Part shown: in pieces, positions 8,972 to 17,503 of the stretch | Layout of the letters: each line of letters opens with the position of its first letter | Numbering within the stretch: position 1 is the first letter of the stretch | Virus record (IMG/VR): IMGVR_UViG_3300048997_000353 | Span: 44,442 to 108,441 of that record | Direction: 5' to 3' (one strand) | DNA: 64,000 nt | Source of the DNA: a virus | Translations under genes and position numbers: made by a program | The notes under the pieces: model-generated | Told to the model about the DNA's origin: nothing | The model's input: the letters and a program-made list of their open reading frames with translations, nothing else | Databases searched by the model: none

Positions 8972-11431
8972 TCAAGAAACTTCAGCCTCATCGCTAATGA
9001 CTAGAGCACACAGGCAATTCACATGCGCTGGATAGGTGGGCACGGATGCGATCGAATAGGGCGAGCCCGCCTCGAGTTCGTCGCACTCATCATCCAGGTC
9101 GTGATTGGAACTCATTTGCCAATCCACGAATTTGACGATTCCTGATTTCCGCCAGGACTCTAAATTCCCGTTTACTTGCGCGCTCGAGATCTCCGTTCTG
9201 GCAATCATGGCGGCGCGCTGGTCGTTGAAGATTCCGGACTTGTCGATCCGCGCTTCGATATCCGCGAGCTTGGGCGTTTTTTCTTCCGCGAACAGTTCCG
9301 TCACGATGTCGTGGATTTTTGTTCTGGTGGTTTCACTGATGGCCCACTTCGCATCCGGATTGGCAATGAGCTTGCCAGAATTGGTGACTTTCATTCCCAC
9401 CATTTCGGCGGCGCGCGCCGAAGCCCATTCCTGCGCTGCTTCGTTCATTCCGGAAATCATGTCCTCATCGGAAATGTCGAGCTGCAGGATCCCGTTGGAC
9501 ACGCCGGCAATGGCGGCGTCCTGAAAATATTCTTCCGTCTCTTCCGCAATTTTGCGCCAGTCATCCGCGATCGATCGCAAAATTGCTTTCACTGTATCGT
9601 CCGCGGCCGCTTTGTGCAGCGTGGGTTCCATCGTTGCGGCCATGTGTCTATCCGGAAGACCGAGAGACTTGGCCAATTGCTTTTTGGTTTTCCGCTTCAT
9701 GGTCGCAAAGTGATCCTTCACAACTTTTTCCACGGCGTTTTTGGCAATGATGGATTGTGGCGCCAATCGATCGGGCGTGATTTTGATGCGTGCGCTCTTG
9801 CCGAATTTGAGAGAACCGGCGGCTTTGCCTTTGCCTTCTTTGCCTTTACCCGGAGGCGTCTGCTGTGCGCCAGCGCCGCCCTTCCCAGGTTTCTCCCCTC
9901 CTTTGTCACCGCCGGTCTCTTCTTGACCAGGAAGTCCGATTTGTCTGCGCGCTGTACCGTTTACCGCAGTTGCTTGCTGGTGTCGCTGCAATTCCATCTT
10001 GGCCTGCGATTCCAGCGCGGCCTGGCCCAGCAAAACAAATCCAGTACCGGTAATGATGCCAAGTTGCGAGGCCTCCGGTTCGTTCCGATCGTCCTCACCC
10101 AGCCGTTCGCGGCCTTCGTTCGGCGTGATAATTCCGCCGCCCACCAAAATTTTAATCGTTTCCGCATTTTTTTGCGGATCAGGTTCGGTGAAGGGCTGGA
10201 ACGCCATCTCATAATCCGGCAGATTGAATTTCTGCTGGATTATGTAATCGATCAAGCCTTTGATGAAATCGACCCAGGGCAGCGTGCCTTCTTCGACCGA
10301 TGCTTCCTGCGATTGCTCGGCCGACGCGCGGTTCATCGCGCGGATCAGTCGTTGCGCCGACGTGCCAAATCCGAAAGCAATCTTCCGGATATGCATGTCG
10401 TCGAATTCGTCCTTGAGCAAGGGCTCTTTGGTGAAAATAATTTGGTCGGGTTTTTCAGCATCATTGAAGCCTTGTACCATCCGCCACTGCCGGCGCGCGG
10501 CTAGATTGCCCGCCAGTTCCGAATTCATCCAGGTCATCGCTTCCGCGATTTTGTCGGGCGGCGTGCCCTTGGGCACAACCTGCACAACGCCTGGCGTCGA
10601 GCCTTCCGTGTAATAGGCCAAGGTAAAAGCCAGCCGCTGCGCGCCAATTTCAATTTCCGTTGCGAGCTGCTCGACAGGGGACATTCCGTAGAGTTGGGAA
10701 GAAATCGTATTCCGCGGAACGATGTTGCGCGGCTTGTAAATGAGTTGGTCGGTAGTCAGATTGACAAGCGGAATGCCCCACCAGTTTTGCGCGTAAGCAG
10801 GTTGCGGCGGCATCGGCGTCCAGCCATTCACGTCGATGTACCGCACAATGGAATCGCCGCGAAGAACGGGCAACTCCACAATTTCTCCCTTGAAGGTTTT
10901 GCGAATCAAAATGGCGACGGCATCGAGCACCAGCAGATCGTCCATCAGTGGCCGAAGCCATTCCTGCCAGTTGTGTTCCCGGTCCGGGCGTTCGAAGAAT
11001 TTACTGAGCTTGACGATTTGCGCATCGCCCTCAGCGCGCTTCTTCGCTTCTTTCTTGGTTTCTCCCGGTTTGCGGCGTAGTTGAACTTCCCAGGGAATTT
11101 TCGCGACGGAATCTTTGACATTCTCGATACAGATCCTCGCGAGGGGATACATCGCGAGCGCCTTGAGCGCCGCCGCCGAATATTCAGCATCCGCGCGCGG
11201 CGTATACAGCAAGTTCTGGCCAGCCCAATATTGAAACCCGCGTGGCTCGGTTCCTTCCGGCGCAATGGGTTTGACAGGTTGAAGGGGAGAATACCAAGTG
11301 CCGGCATCGATACCACGGATGGTTTCATCGGGCGGTTGATAGAGCTGACGGCCGTATTGCTGGAGCGCCTGGACAACAGGGCCAAGGTTGCGGACAGTGA
11401 TCCCGGAACCGGACCCTGGAGAATTAGCCAT
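8972..11431 (-). CDS. Portal protein fused to a Mu gpF-like head morphogenesis domain
   Basis: LYGMSPVEQL and GIITPNEGRERLG portal motifs; C-terminal RAAMIARTE...YPAHVNCLC is the gpF signature. Confidence 0.9.
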   Translation of the reverse strand: MANSPGSGSGITVRNLGPVVQALQQYGRQLYQPPDETIRGIDAGTWYSPLQPVKPIAPEGTEPRGFQYWAGQNLLYTPRADAEYSAAALKALAMYPLARICIENVKDSVAKIPWEVQLRRKPGETKKEAKKRAEGDAQIVKLSKFFERPDREHNWQEWLRPLMDDLLVLDAVAILIRKTFKGEIVELPVLRGDSIVRYIDVNGWTPMPPQPAYAQNWWGIPLVNLTTDQLIYKPRNIVPRNTISSQLYGMSPVEQLATEIEIGAQRLAFTLAYYTEGSTPGVVQVVPKGTPPDKIAEAMTWMNSELAGNLAARRQWRMVQGFNDAEKPDQIIFTKEPLLKDEFDDMHIRKIAFGFGTSAQRLIRAMNRASAEQSQEASVEEGTLPWVDFIKGLIDYIIQQKFNLPDYEMAFQPFTEPDPQKNAETIKILVGGGIITPNEGRERLGEDDRNEPEASQLGIITGTGFVLLGQAALESQAKMELQRHQQATAVNGTARRQIGLPGQEETGGDKGGEKPGKGGAGAQQTPPGKGKEGKGKAAGSLKFGKSARIKITPDRLAPQSIIAKNAVEKVVKDHFATMKRKTKKQLAKSLGLPDRHMAATMEPTLHKAAADDTVKAILRSIADDWRKIAEETEEYFQDAAIAGVSNGILQLDISDEDMISGMNEAAQEWASARAAEMVGMKVTNSGKLIANPDAKWAISETTRTKIHDIVTELFAEEKTPKLADIEARIDKSGIFNDQRAAMIARTEISSAQVNGNLESWRKSGIVKFVDWQMSSNHDLDDECDELEAGSPYSIASVPTYPAHVNCLCALVISDEAEVS

Positions 11432-11774
11432 TTACTTTTGCCGCCCCCTGCATCGCGCCCAACTTCAAAAGCTGATCTTCGGTCTTTTCGAGTTCGGTGC
11501 GGGGCGTTGCCGCTTCGGCCATGCCCGGCTTCTTGTTCACGTCCACGACAGGTTCCTCATAAAACTTCGCACCACAAACACGGCAGGTGTGCTGACACAA
11601 AATTTTTATAGTTGTGCCAGAAGAGGCTCTTGCCACACATCTTAAATTTCCTTTGGACGCGCCGCAGACCGGGCAGCGCGAGTCAGGCCGGATTCGCGCG
11701 ATGTCACGTTGAGTAACAGGCTTAACTAACCACAAAAGTTGTAGCAGTGCAAGCCTGATCCAGTAGAAAAGCAC
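11424..11774 (-). CDS. Zn-ribbon protein
   Basis: CPVCG...CRVCG; overlaps the portal start. Confidence 0.6.
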   Translation of the reverse strand: MLFYWIRLALLQLLWLVKPVTQRDIARIRPDSRCPVCGASKGNLRCVARASSGTTIKILCQHTCRVCGAKFYEEPVVDVNKKPGMAEAATPRTELEKTEDQLLKLGAMQGAAKVNG

Positions 11775-12359
11775 GGACGGATTCTACGCGAGAAAAAAAG
11801 CAAATACTAGCGTGGGTGTTTGAAGCTGTACCAGAAGGTCAGGTTGTGTGCTTTGCTTTTTCCAGCAGCAACCAGGAAACAACACTGGAAAGAGCCATGA
11901 AAATGAGCCCGTCGACGTAAGCCATGATTCCTCCAAACCTCTGGTGGACGACTGAAAGCAACGTTGCCGCCCACCAGATCAGATGCTCGTGGAGAGTGGC
12001 CGGACTCTCCGATACGAGAATTGTCCGCCGCTGTAGGAATTAGGGGAATCAGGCAAAAGCCGTATTTTATTATCGCTTAAAAGTTGGAGCGCCCGCATCG
12101 ACGATCACACCAGGTTGCGGAAGGGGCGCGTGGTTTTCGTGGTATGGGACAAGGCTTCCATCGGCGAGTCTTACGAACTTCTGGTAGCCCTGGCAGGTCT
12201 TGAGAACGATTACGTGTGTTTGGTTCATGCGAACCTCCTTGCTGTGATTGTGATTACGAATGCGGAGTTTTCTACGATTCGGCGCGCCTGTCCATACCAT
12301 TAACGCCTGAGTTAGAGAAAATATGGTAGTTTTTCACAGCTTGTCCACAGATTTTATTT

Positions 12360-12434
12360 TGGAGCGCCTGGCGCGATTCGAACGCGCGACCCGCCTCTTT
12401 AGAGAAGGCTACTCTACCGCTGAGTTACAGGCGC
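12360..12434 (-). tRNA. Amber suppressor tRNA (anticodon CUA) with a Gly-like acceptor stem
   Basis: Cloverleaf GCGCCTG-TA-ACTC AGCGGTA GAGT-A-GCCTT CTCTAAA GAGGC-GGGTC-GCGCG TTCGAAT CGCGC-CAGGCGC-T-CCA. Confidence 0.9.
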
Positions 12435-12467
12435 CCGGTGCAAAAACCATGTCAAATCGCGTGCATA

Positions 12468-12947
12468 TTATTCCAACGATTCGACCAAGCTGGTGCCCGG
12501 TCCGCACTCAAGCGCAGTGAGCTGCCGCCCACTACCGGGCAGAGAATTGGTGCGGACGGTAGGATTTTCACCCACACTTTCAGCTTTAGAGGCCGACGTG
12601 CCTGACACCGCGTCCGCAGTGTATTTCCAAAGTCGGTAGTTCTTCAGCGCCGCGCGCTGTTCCCCCGTGATCGGAGCCGTGGCAATCGCCGTAAATCCAA
12701 AGTTATTATCCGGTTCGGTCCAGAGGTAGTGCGGGATGTAGTTGGCTTGCAGCTTCGCCACGACGCGGCGCAAAGCGGCCACACCGGGCAGGCCGACGAC
12801 GATGATATTGGGAACGAGATCTTCGTTGGGGTGCTGGATGGCGGCGAGATGGAAAACTGCATGATTGGCTTGAACGATTTGGTGAGCGACAGGAATGTCC
12901 TGTCTAACGAAAACGTACACTGCATGGTCAGTGGGAATCTATGTCAT
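12468..12947 (-). CDS. PTH2-family peptidyl-tRNA hydrolase-like protein with an in-frame TAG at codon 3 (the ORF track starts it at GTG 12920)
   Basis: YVFVRQDIPVAHQIVQANHA...WTEPDNNFGFTAIA matches phage PTH2-like proteins; upstream reads ATG ACA TAG ATT CCC ACT GAC CAT GCA GTG TAC in frame. Confidence 0.75.
12491..12540 (-). ncRNA. Miniature tRNA-like element, 50 nt, ACCA end, no anticodon arm
   Basis: GCCCGGT/ACCGGGC 7-bp acceptor plus ACCA, enclosing hairpins GTGGGC-GGCA-GCTCAC and TGCGC-TTGA-GTGCG. Confidence 0.55.
12548..12617 (-). tRNA. Non-canonical 70-nt tRNA with CUA anticodon, reduced D arm and atypical T loop
   Basis: GCGGACG-CG-GTG TCAGG CAC-G-TCGGC CTCTAAA GCTGA-AAGT-GTGGG TGAAAAT CCTAC-CGTCCGC-A-CCA. 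Confidence 0.75.
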
Positions 12948-12954
12948 GGCGAGC

Positions 12955-12983
12955 ATTCTCTGCGTGAACGATGGTGAAGTCAA
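12955..12983 (-). promoter_or_regulatory. sigma70-type promoter for the PTH2/tRNA unit, probably leaderless
   Basis: TTGACT-17 nt-GAGAAT-7 nt-ATG(12947). Confidence 0.55.
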
Positions 12984-12984
12984 C

Positions 12985-13018
12985 AAAAAAAAGGGCGAGC
13001 GTTTCTCGCGCCCGCCCT
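12985..13018 (-). terminator. Intrinsic terminator
   Basis: AGGGCGGGCG-loop-CGCTCGCCCT followed by a T run. Confidence 0.8.
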
Positions 13019-13042
13019 AAACCAACACCCCATTTTCGAAAG

Positions 13043-13327
13043 TTATGCCGAGGCTCCCCTAGCCTTGGCTCGCAGTTCTTGCTCCGCGTGGATCGCTGGC
13101 TCCGCGTCCTGCAGTGGCCGAATAATCCAGAGCGTGCGCTGTCCGGCGGGAACGAAGCTCGCGATCGAATGGCCTTCCTTGCAGCCAACCGTGAAAGCCT
13201 GGCTGCCGTAGACAACTTCGAAATTGCCTTGTTCACCGTCCAGGATGTCGGCCAAGTTTGGATTGTTGCTGACGTAAATTCCTGTCCGTTGCTGCTGTTG
13301 TTGCAATGGGGTTTGTCGATCTAACAT
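13043..13327 (-). CDS. Hypothetical protein
   Basis: ORF ends just before the terminator; RBS GAGGTG. Confidence 0.5.
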   Translation of the reverse strand: MLDRQTPLQQQQQRTGIYVSNNPNLADILDGEQGNFEVVYGSQAFTVGCKEGHSIASFVPAGQRTLWIIRPLQDAEPAIHAEQELRAKARGASA

Positions 13328-13436
13328 TGGTGTTCACCTCTCAGTTTAGGCTGCGCAACCCTCAAGGCTGCCTACGGGAAAGATGGCACAGTTCCATATG
13401 CAAGGGAATCGGGTGCCTGTTGAAACGCTGTGGAAA

Positions 13437-13799
13437 TCAGTGGAAAAGTTTTGCGGAAAGTTTAAGTGGCGGGAATAATTTTGGCGAGCGCAGTAGTTCG
13501 ATGATTGGCTTGTCTGCCTCTAGCACGTGCCATGTATCAGGCACGACTCCGTAATTCTTCCATGCCTTTTCCACCATGATGTTCAAATCCCTGATCGTGA
13601 TCGTGGCTACTTCAATCGGACTCTTTCCCCACTTCCCACCGGCAAAAGTATAAACACCTCCGGAATCCACCGAATAATTCCCAGGTTTTATTTCGCTCGG
13701 AAAACTGAAGATCCGAAACGGCCAGGAGCGCGCAGCGGCCGTAGCTGCCACGCCGCCTACGATCATGCCCAAGAATCCGCGTCTTGAAAGATTACTCAT
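13437..13799 (-). CDS. Protein with a twin-arginine (Tat)-like signal peptide
   Basis: MSNLSRRGFLGMIVGGVAATAAA; RBS GGAG. Confidence 0.65.
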   Translation of the reverse strand: MSNLSRRGFLGMIVGGVAATAAARSWPFRIFSFPSEIKPGNYSVDSGGVYTFAGGKWGKSPIEVATITIRDLNIMVEKAWKNYGVVPDTWHVLEADKPIIELLRSPKLFPPLKLSAKLFH

Positions 13800-13992
13800 A
13801 GAGTTTCTCCACGCGCCGCAAGCAGGCGACGATTTCAGGTTCAACTTGTTGCAGCTTGAGTGTGCCCATCACCACGCGTTCGATATGACGGTTGGCGACG
13901 CCCAGCTCCGTCCAACATCGCGCGCCATCGCCTCGCGTTTCGGCGCGCAACTGGATTGTGTTCCGTCGTTGAATGTAATCTTCAAGAATCAT
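13792..13992 (-). CDS. Hypothetical protein
   Basis: Co-directional ORF overlapping the next start. Confidence 0.45.
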   Translation of the reverse strand: MILEDYIQRRNTIQLRAETRGDGARCWTELGVANRHIERVVMGTLKLQQVEPEIVACLRRVEKLYE

Positions 13993-14044
13993 GAATTTTA
14001 ATGGGACGGTTGGTCACCAGTTATTCCCCGGCAGGGGTGACTCC

Positions 14045-14092
14045 ACGGTACGCCTTCACAAGCAGCGTTTCGTCTCACGACTCTTCAGCCGC
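14045..14092 (-). ncRNA. Type I hammerhead ribozyme
   Basis: Minus strand GCGG-CTGAAGA-GTC GTGA GAC-GAA-ACGCT...GGCGT-A-CCGT: full CUGANGA/GAAA core, stems I-III and a GUA cleavage triplet. Confidence 0.8.
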
Positions 14093-14168
14093 TAATAACG
14101 CCGGGCCAGATGTCAGCAAGACCGTCCCGTCGCTGACCCACGGATCGTACTGCAACATGCCTTAAATT

Positions 14169-14244
14169 TGGTGGACCTGACCGGCTATGATCCGGCTGCC
14201 TCCTGATTGCAAAACAGGCGCTCTCCCAATTGAGCTACAGGCCC
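14169..14244 (-). tRNA. tRNA-Ala(UGC)
   Basis: GGGCCTG/CAGGTCC acceptor with G3:U70 and A73; anticodon loop TTTGCAA; CCA end; atypical T loop ATCATAG. Confidence 0.9.
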
Positions 14245-14254
14245 ACAAGAAATT

Positions 14255-14560
14255 CTACGCTACTTCCGGCAAATAGATGATCCATTGGTGGCCCTGACTG
14301 CACCGCGCCGTTTTGTTTCCGAGATCGACGGTGGTCGCGAGATCAAGTGCGTGGCAAGTTGGGCAAACAATTTGCTCGGCTGGAATATCCTTGCCGGCCA
14401 CGGTCACATATTGAATTTCCCGGTCCATCGCTTCCTCCACTTTCTCGACTTCTTCCGGATCACACAGAAATGCTGAGTCTCCAATGTAAATAATTTCACG
14501 GTCGGCATCAGCGGCGTCGAACGTGAAAACTCCGTAGCGATCTGCCACGACGATTTTCAT
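14255..14560 (-). CDS. Zn-ribbon protein
   Basis: CPTC...CSQGH; ATGA overlap with the upstream gene. Confidence 0.6.
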   Translation of the reverse strand: MKIVVADRYGVFTFDAADADREIIYIGDSAFLCDPEEVEKVEEAMDREIQYVTVAGKDIPAEQIVCPTCHALDLATTVDLGNKTARCSQGHQWIIYLPEVA

Positions 14561-14886
14561 GTTTCGGTGAACACGATTCCCTTGTCTTGCTCGTACCTGC
14601 AACGAATTGTTTTGTCGTTGTGCACAAAAACGACTGACAGAATTGCGTATCGCCCGATTTTGGTTTCAAGTGGCGTTCCCTCTCCCCACACCGGGAGCGA
14701 ACTCTTCACGAGCATATTGGCAGCCAGCTTGCAGCGGTCGAGATCATCGCCCGGCTCGCACTCAAGACGTAAAATCATGTGATTTCTCTTTTCCACTGGA
14801 CCGACGTTCCGGATTTTTCCGGCAATGGGCGGATGCCATTCGTTCCCGTAATAGGTGCCGTTGCACACGACTAGCTTGGTTCTCAT
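14557..14886 (-). CDS. Hypothetical protein
   Basis: Part of a chain of ATGA-coupled ORFs. Confidence 0.55.
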   Translation of the reverse strand: MRTKLVVCNGTYYGNEWHPPIAGKIRNVGPVEKRNHMILRLECEPGDDLDRCKLAANMLVKSSLPVWGEGTPLETKIGRYAILSVVFVHNDKTIRCRYEQDKGIVFTET

Positions 14887-15119
14887 GGCGACACATCCAG
14901 GTTGATTGCTCTTTTGGGAAGCGGCGGCACTTCTTTTCTGAACACGCGGTCCCAATATTTTTCTTCTGGGAATAACGGCCACCAGCCCCCTGGCGTTCTT
15001 TCCCCAACCACTTTCCAAACGATGCCGCACTCGCAGGTTATCGCATCGCCTTTTTCAAGGCGGGCATCATCGACTGGCATGAGCCGTATACAATCCGGGC
15101 ATTGGATGTAGGTATTCAT
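14883..15119 (-). CDS. Zn-ribbon protein ending KRAINLDVSP
   Basis: IQCPDC...ITCECG. Confidence 0.6.
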   Translation of the reverse strand: MNTYIQCPDCIRLMPVDDARLEKGDAITCECGIVWKVVGERTPGGWWPLFPEEKYWDRVFRKEVPPLPKRAINLDVSP

Positions 15120-15120
15120 G

Positions 15121-16071
15121 TTAAACCTCGAAACCAAATTGCAGATCAGCCAGCCCGGTTGCTGGAGTTGCTGACCAGGGAAACGGCCACGGTATCCAGG
15201 TGATGCCATCCGCGCTGCACTCAGCCGCACCGTCTCTAAAAACGGAATCCGTGGGGAATCCTTGCTGCAATCCTTTTCGCAATGGATAACACAAACCATC
15301 GCACTGGACGTGCACCACGTCACCTGGCGCCATCACCAGGGGGGTTGCAAACTCCATCCGTGGTAGCCAGCCGTCCTTGTCCGATATCCCCGAGAATGTG
15401 AAGAACTGCGCCACGCCATTGATTCCGACCGTGATCTTCGCGGGCGTGTTCCGGATGGCGCGGAACCAAAGCGCATACGCAGTGATCGGACTCGATGGCT
15501 TAATCACTTCGCGCCCGTGAAACAAGGGATTGCCGACCCACGCTTCCATGTAGCCGATGCCATCGGCGCATAGCGGCCCCGACAGTCCGAGAATGGGAAC
15601 GTAGCCAAATCGTTCGGTGCGGTTACCCAATGGGCTGACATACACAACTTTTCCGTCCGAGGGAAGAATCAACGGTTGCGGCGCATCTTCGTTTGGCGCA
15701 TTGATGTACAGAGAATCCAGAGAGCAAAAGTTTAGGTCGGGCGCAGGATCAATATTTGTGAACGACAGCACGTACTGCTTGCCAGCTTCAAACGTGAACA
15801 GGTAGGGCAGCCTGAGAACGGGCCAGTCACCAAGAGCCGTGCCCTGCAGGGTCCACGCGAGATTCGTTCCAATGAGGATGATTTTGATCTGGCCGTTGGT
15901 CCCAGCGGCGTACCCTGGCTTGCTGACGATCAGAAACGGCCGCATGGTATCGACCACTAAAGAATTCTTCAGCCGGAAATGCATTTCAACTGTTTTGTTG
16001 CCGTGACCAATCGTGGTGTTGGCGAGCCCATCGGCTGCGAGTGATCCGTAAAATCCGCTTCGTTGAATCAT
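15121..16071 (-). CDS. Beta-rich hypothetical protein, 316 aa
   Basis: Long ORF with an AAGGAG RBS. Confidence 0.7.
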   Translation of the reverse strand: MIQRSGFYGSLAADGLANTTIGHGNKTVEMHFRLKNSLVVDTMRPFLIVSKPGYAAGTNGQIKIILIGTNLAWTLQGTALGDWPVLRLPYLFTFEAGKQYVLSFTNIDPAPDLNFCSLDSLYINAPNEDAPQPLILPSDGKVVYVSPLGNRTERFGYVPILGLSGPLCADGIGYMEAWVGNPLFHGREVIKPSSPITAYALWFRAIRNTPAKITVGINGVAQFFTFSGISDKDGWLPRMEFATPLVMAPGDVVHVQCDGLCYPLRKGLQQGFPTDSVFRDGAAECSADGITWIPWPFPWSATPATGLADLQFGFEV

Positions 16072-16143
16072 GGTCGGTTCGTTCTCCTTTGACAAATGGC
16101 AGAGCATGGAACTTACCTGCATAGCAGGTTAAAGGTCAAGTTT

Positions 16144-16347
16144 TTATTTTTCGTCCTTCTCGTCCCGCGGGATGCAAACAATCCCCCGGGTCCTGCCAAA
16201 ATCGTCTTTGATTCTATGGACGCGCAAGCCAGCCGCCTCGCACTTCTTGATTTCGGCGATGGTTTCTTCGTTGGTAAAAACATGCGGACCTAATTCCTCG
16301 CAGCCCGCTAATAATACTAGCACCAGGAATAATAAAAGTAGCTTCAT
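16144..16347 (-). CDS. Putative lipoprotein
   Basis: MKLLLLFLVLVLLAGC lipobox. Confidence 0.65.
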   Translation of the reverse strand: MKLLLLFLVLVLLAGCEELGPHVFTNEETIAEIKKCEAAGLRVHRIKDDFGRTRGIVCIPRDEKDEK

Positions 16348-16694
16348 GGTTTGTACTCCACCAAAGCTGGCAGACGGCTCATGATCGACGGAAAAAATTG
16401 TGTGGCGAGCTCAAGGCCTTCGGCGAAAGTGTACGTTCCTTCGAGCAGGAATGTGCTGTTGGAACCGGGACGAGAATCTACACTTTGATCCCAGCACGAA
16501 ATTGCCGTCCAACCGTCTTTGTGATGCAACGCGGCAACTCCTTGGCTTTGCCCTTTCGGAGCGAGTATCCCGTCCGGATACCGGCCCCATGGTGACACGA
16601 AATCGTGCGGCGCCGATCTCGGTCCCCACGCGCCGCCCGGCTCCCACATGTAATGGCCCGCTCGTTCGAAGCAGCCGAAATAATAGGCTTTCAT
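16344..16694 (-). CDS. Hypothetical phage protein
   Basis: MKAYYFGC...GWTAISCWDQSVDSRPGSNS; coupled overlaps with neighbours. Confidence 0.7.
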   Translation of the reverse strand: MKAYYFGCFERAGHYMWEPGGAWGPRSAPHDFVSPWGRYPDGILAPKGQSQGVAALHHKDGWTAISCWDQSVDSRPGSNSTFLLEGTYTFAEGLELATQFFPSIMSRLPALVEYKP

Positions 16695-17503
16695 TTTGCC
16701 TCCTGCGAAGCTTCCGGGGTTGGCGGCTCTGGATACCTGCGTTTAATTTCCTCTTTCTGTTGCCGGATGCGCTCGTCCATCTCAGGCGTCCGAATGACAA
16801 CATGGGGAGTGGACGCAGTAACTTTACTTGCCGACGAAGTTGGCTGCATTGCTTGCTGCATTTCCTCGGCCGTCATCGGCGGTCGTGTGCGAATCGAGTT
16901 GGCTTCGGGCAACTGCCGAACTGGCTCATAAAAACGCTCGAGTATTTTCTGGGCTTCCGGTCCGCTGATTAAATTCTGGTCACGCTCGATCTCTTCCTGA
17001 TGCGCGTAGTTCTCCAGGAAATCTTTTTTGCGCCACACGAGGTCGGCCGTTGGACACTCCCACAAGAAAGCCATCCCGCCGGCAGCCTTGATGGCGCGCA
17101 CAATTTTTTCATCCAAGGCGGGCGCCCGACGATCGACTCCAAGATCCGGATGAAAATACTGCCCGATCCACGCGAGTCCCTCTTGCCAGGATTTTTCAGC
17201 GAGAAGGGCCTGCGCGGCACCGTTGGCGGTATCCACGAATTCAAACAGGTGAGCTGGCGTGGGAAACTGGCAAGCCGATGTTGGCTTGAAGGTGCTTTTC
17301 AGTTTCGCGAAGGCTGTTCGCAATCCCTCTTCGGAGAGATCCTTCGTCCTGCGATCCGTGAACAGGGTTTCAATCCAAAGATCAAAAACTGGCGCGCCCA
17401 CAATTTTTTCAGTGAGCGTTCCGATCTTTAAGAGTTCCGTCCGAATTAAGGCCTGAGTTTTCGAGGTTCTGTCGAAGGACTTCGTCTGCATCTGGTCTGC
17501 CAT
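16691..17503 (-). CDS. Replication-associated protein (helicase loader/inhibitor-like)
   Basis: Directly follows the initiator; FPTPAHL motif; AAGGAG RBS. Confidence 0.55.
   Translation of the reverse strand: MADQMQTKSFDRTSKTQALIRTELLKIGTLTEKIVGAPVFDLWIETLFTDRRTKDLSEEGLRTAFAKLKSTFKPTSACQFPTPAHLFEFVDTANGAAQALLAEKSWQEGLAWIGQYFHPDLGVDRRAPALDEKIVRAIKAAGGMAFLWECPTADLVWRKKDFLENYAHQEEIERDQNLISGPEAQKILERFYEPVRQLPEANSIRTRPPMTAEEMQQAMQPTSSASKVTASTPHVVIRTPEMDERIRQQKEEIKRRYPEPPTPEASQEAK

Noticed and set aside
4488-11611. Long plus-strand ORFs (4488-5315, 5352-6623, 9176-10504 and others)
   Set aside because: Antisense shadows of GC-rich capsid and portal genes with no recognisable motifs.
12548-12617. 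Bona fide pyrrolysine system
   Set aside because: No pylS/B/C/D in the window; the discriminator base and anticodon-stem length differ from tRNA-Pyl.
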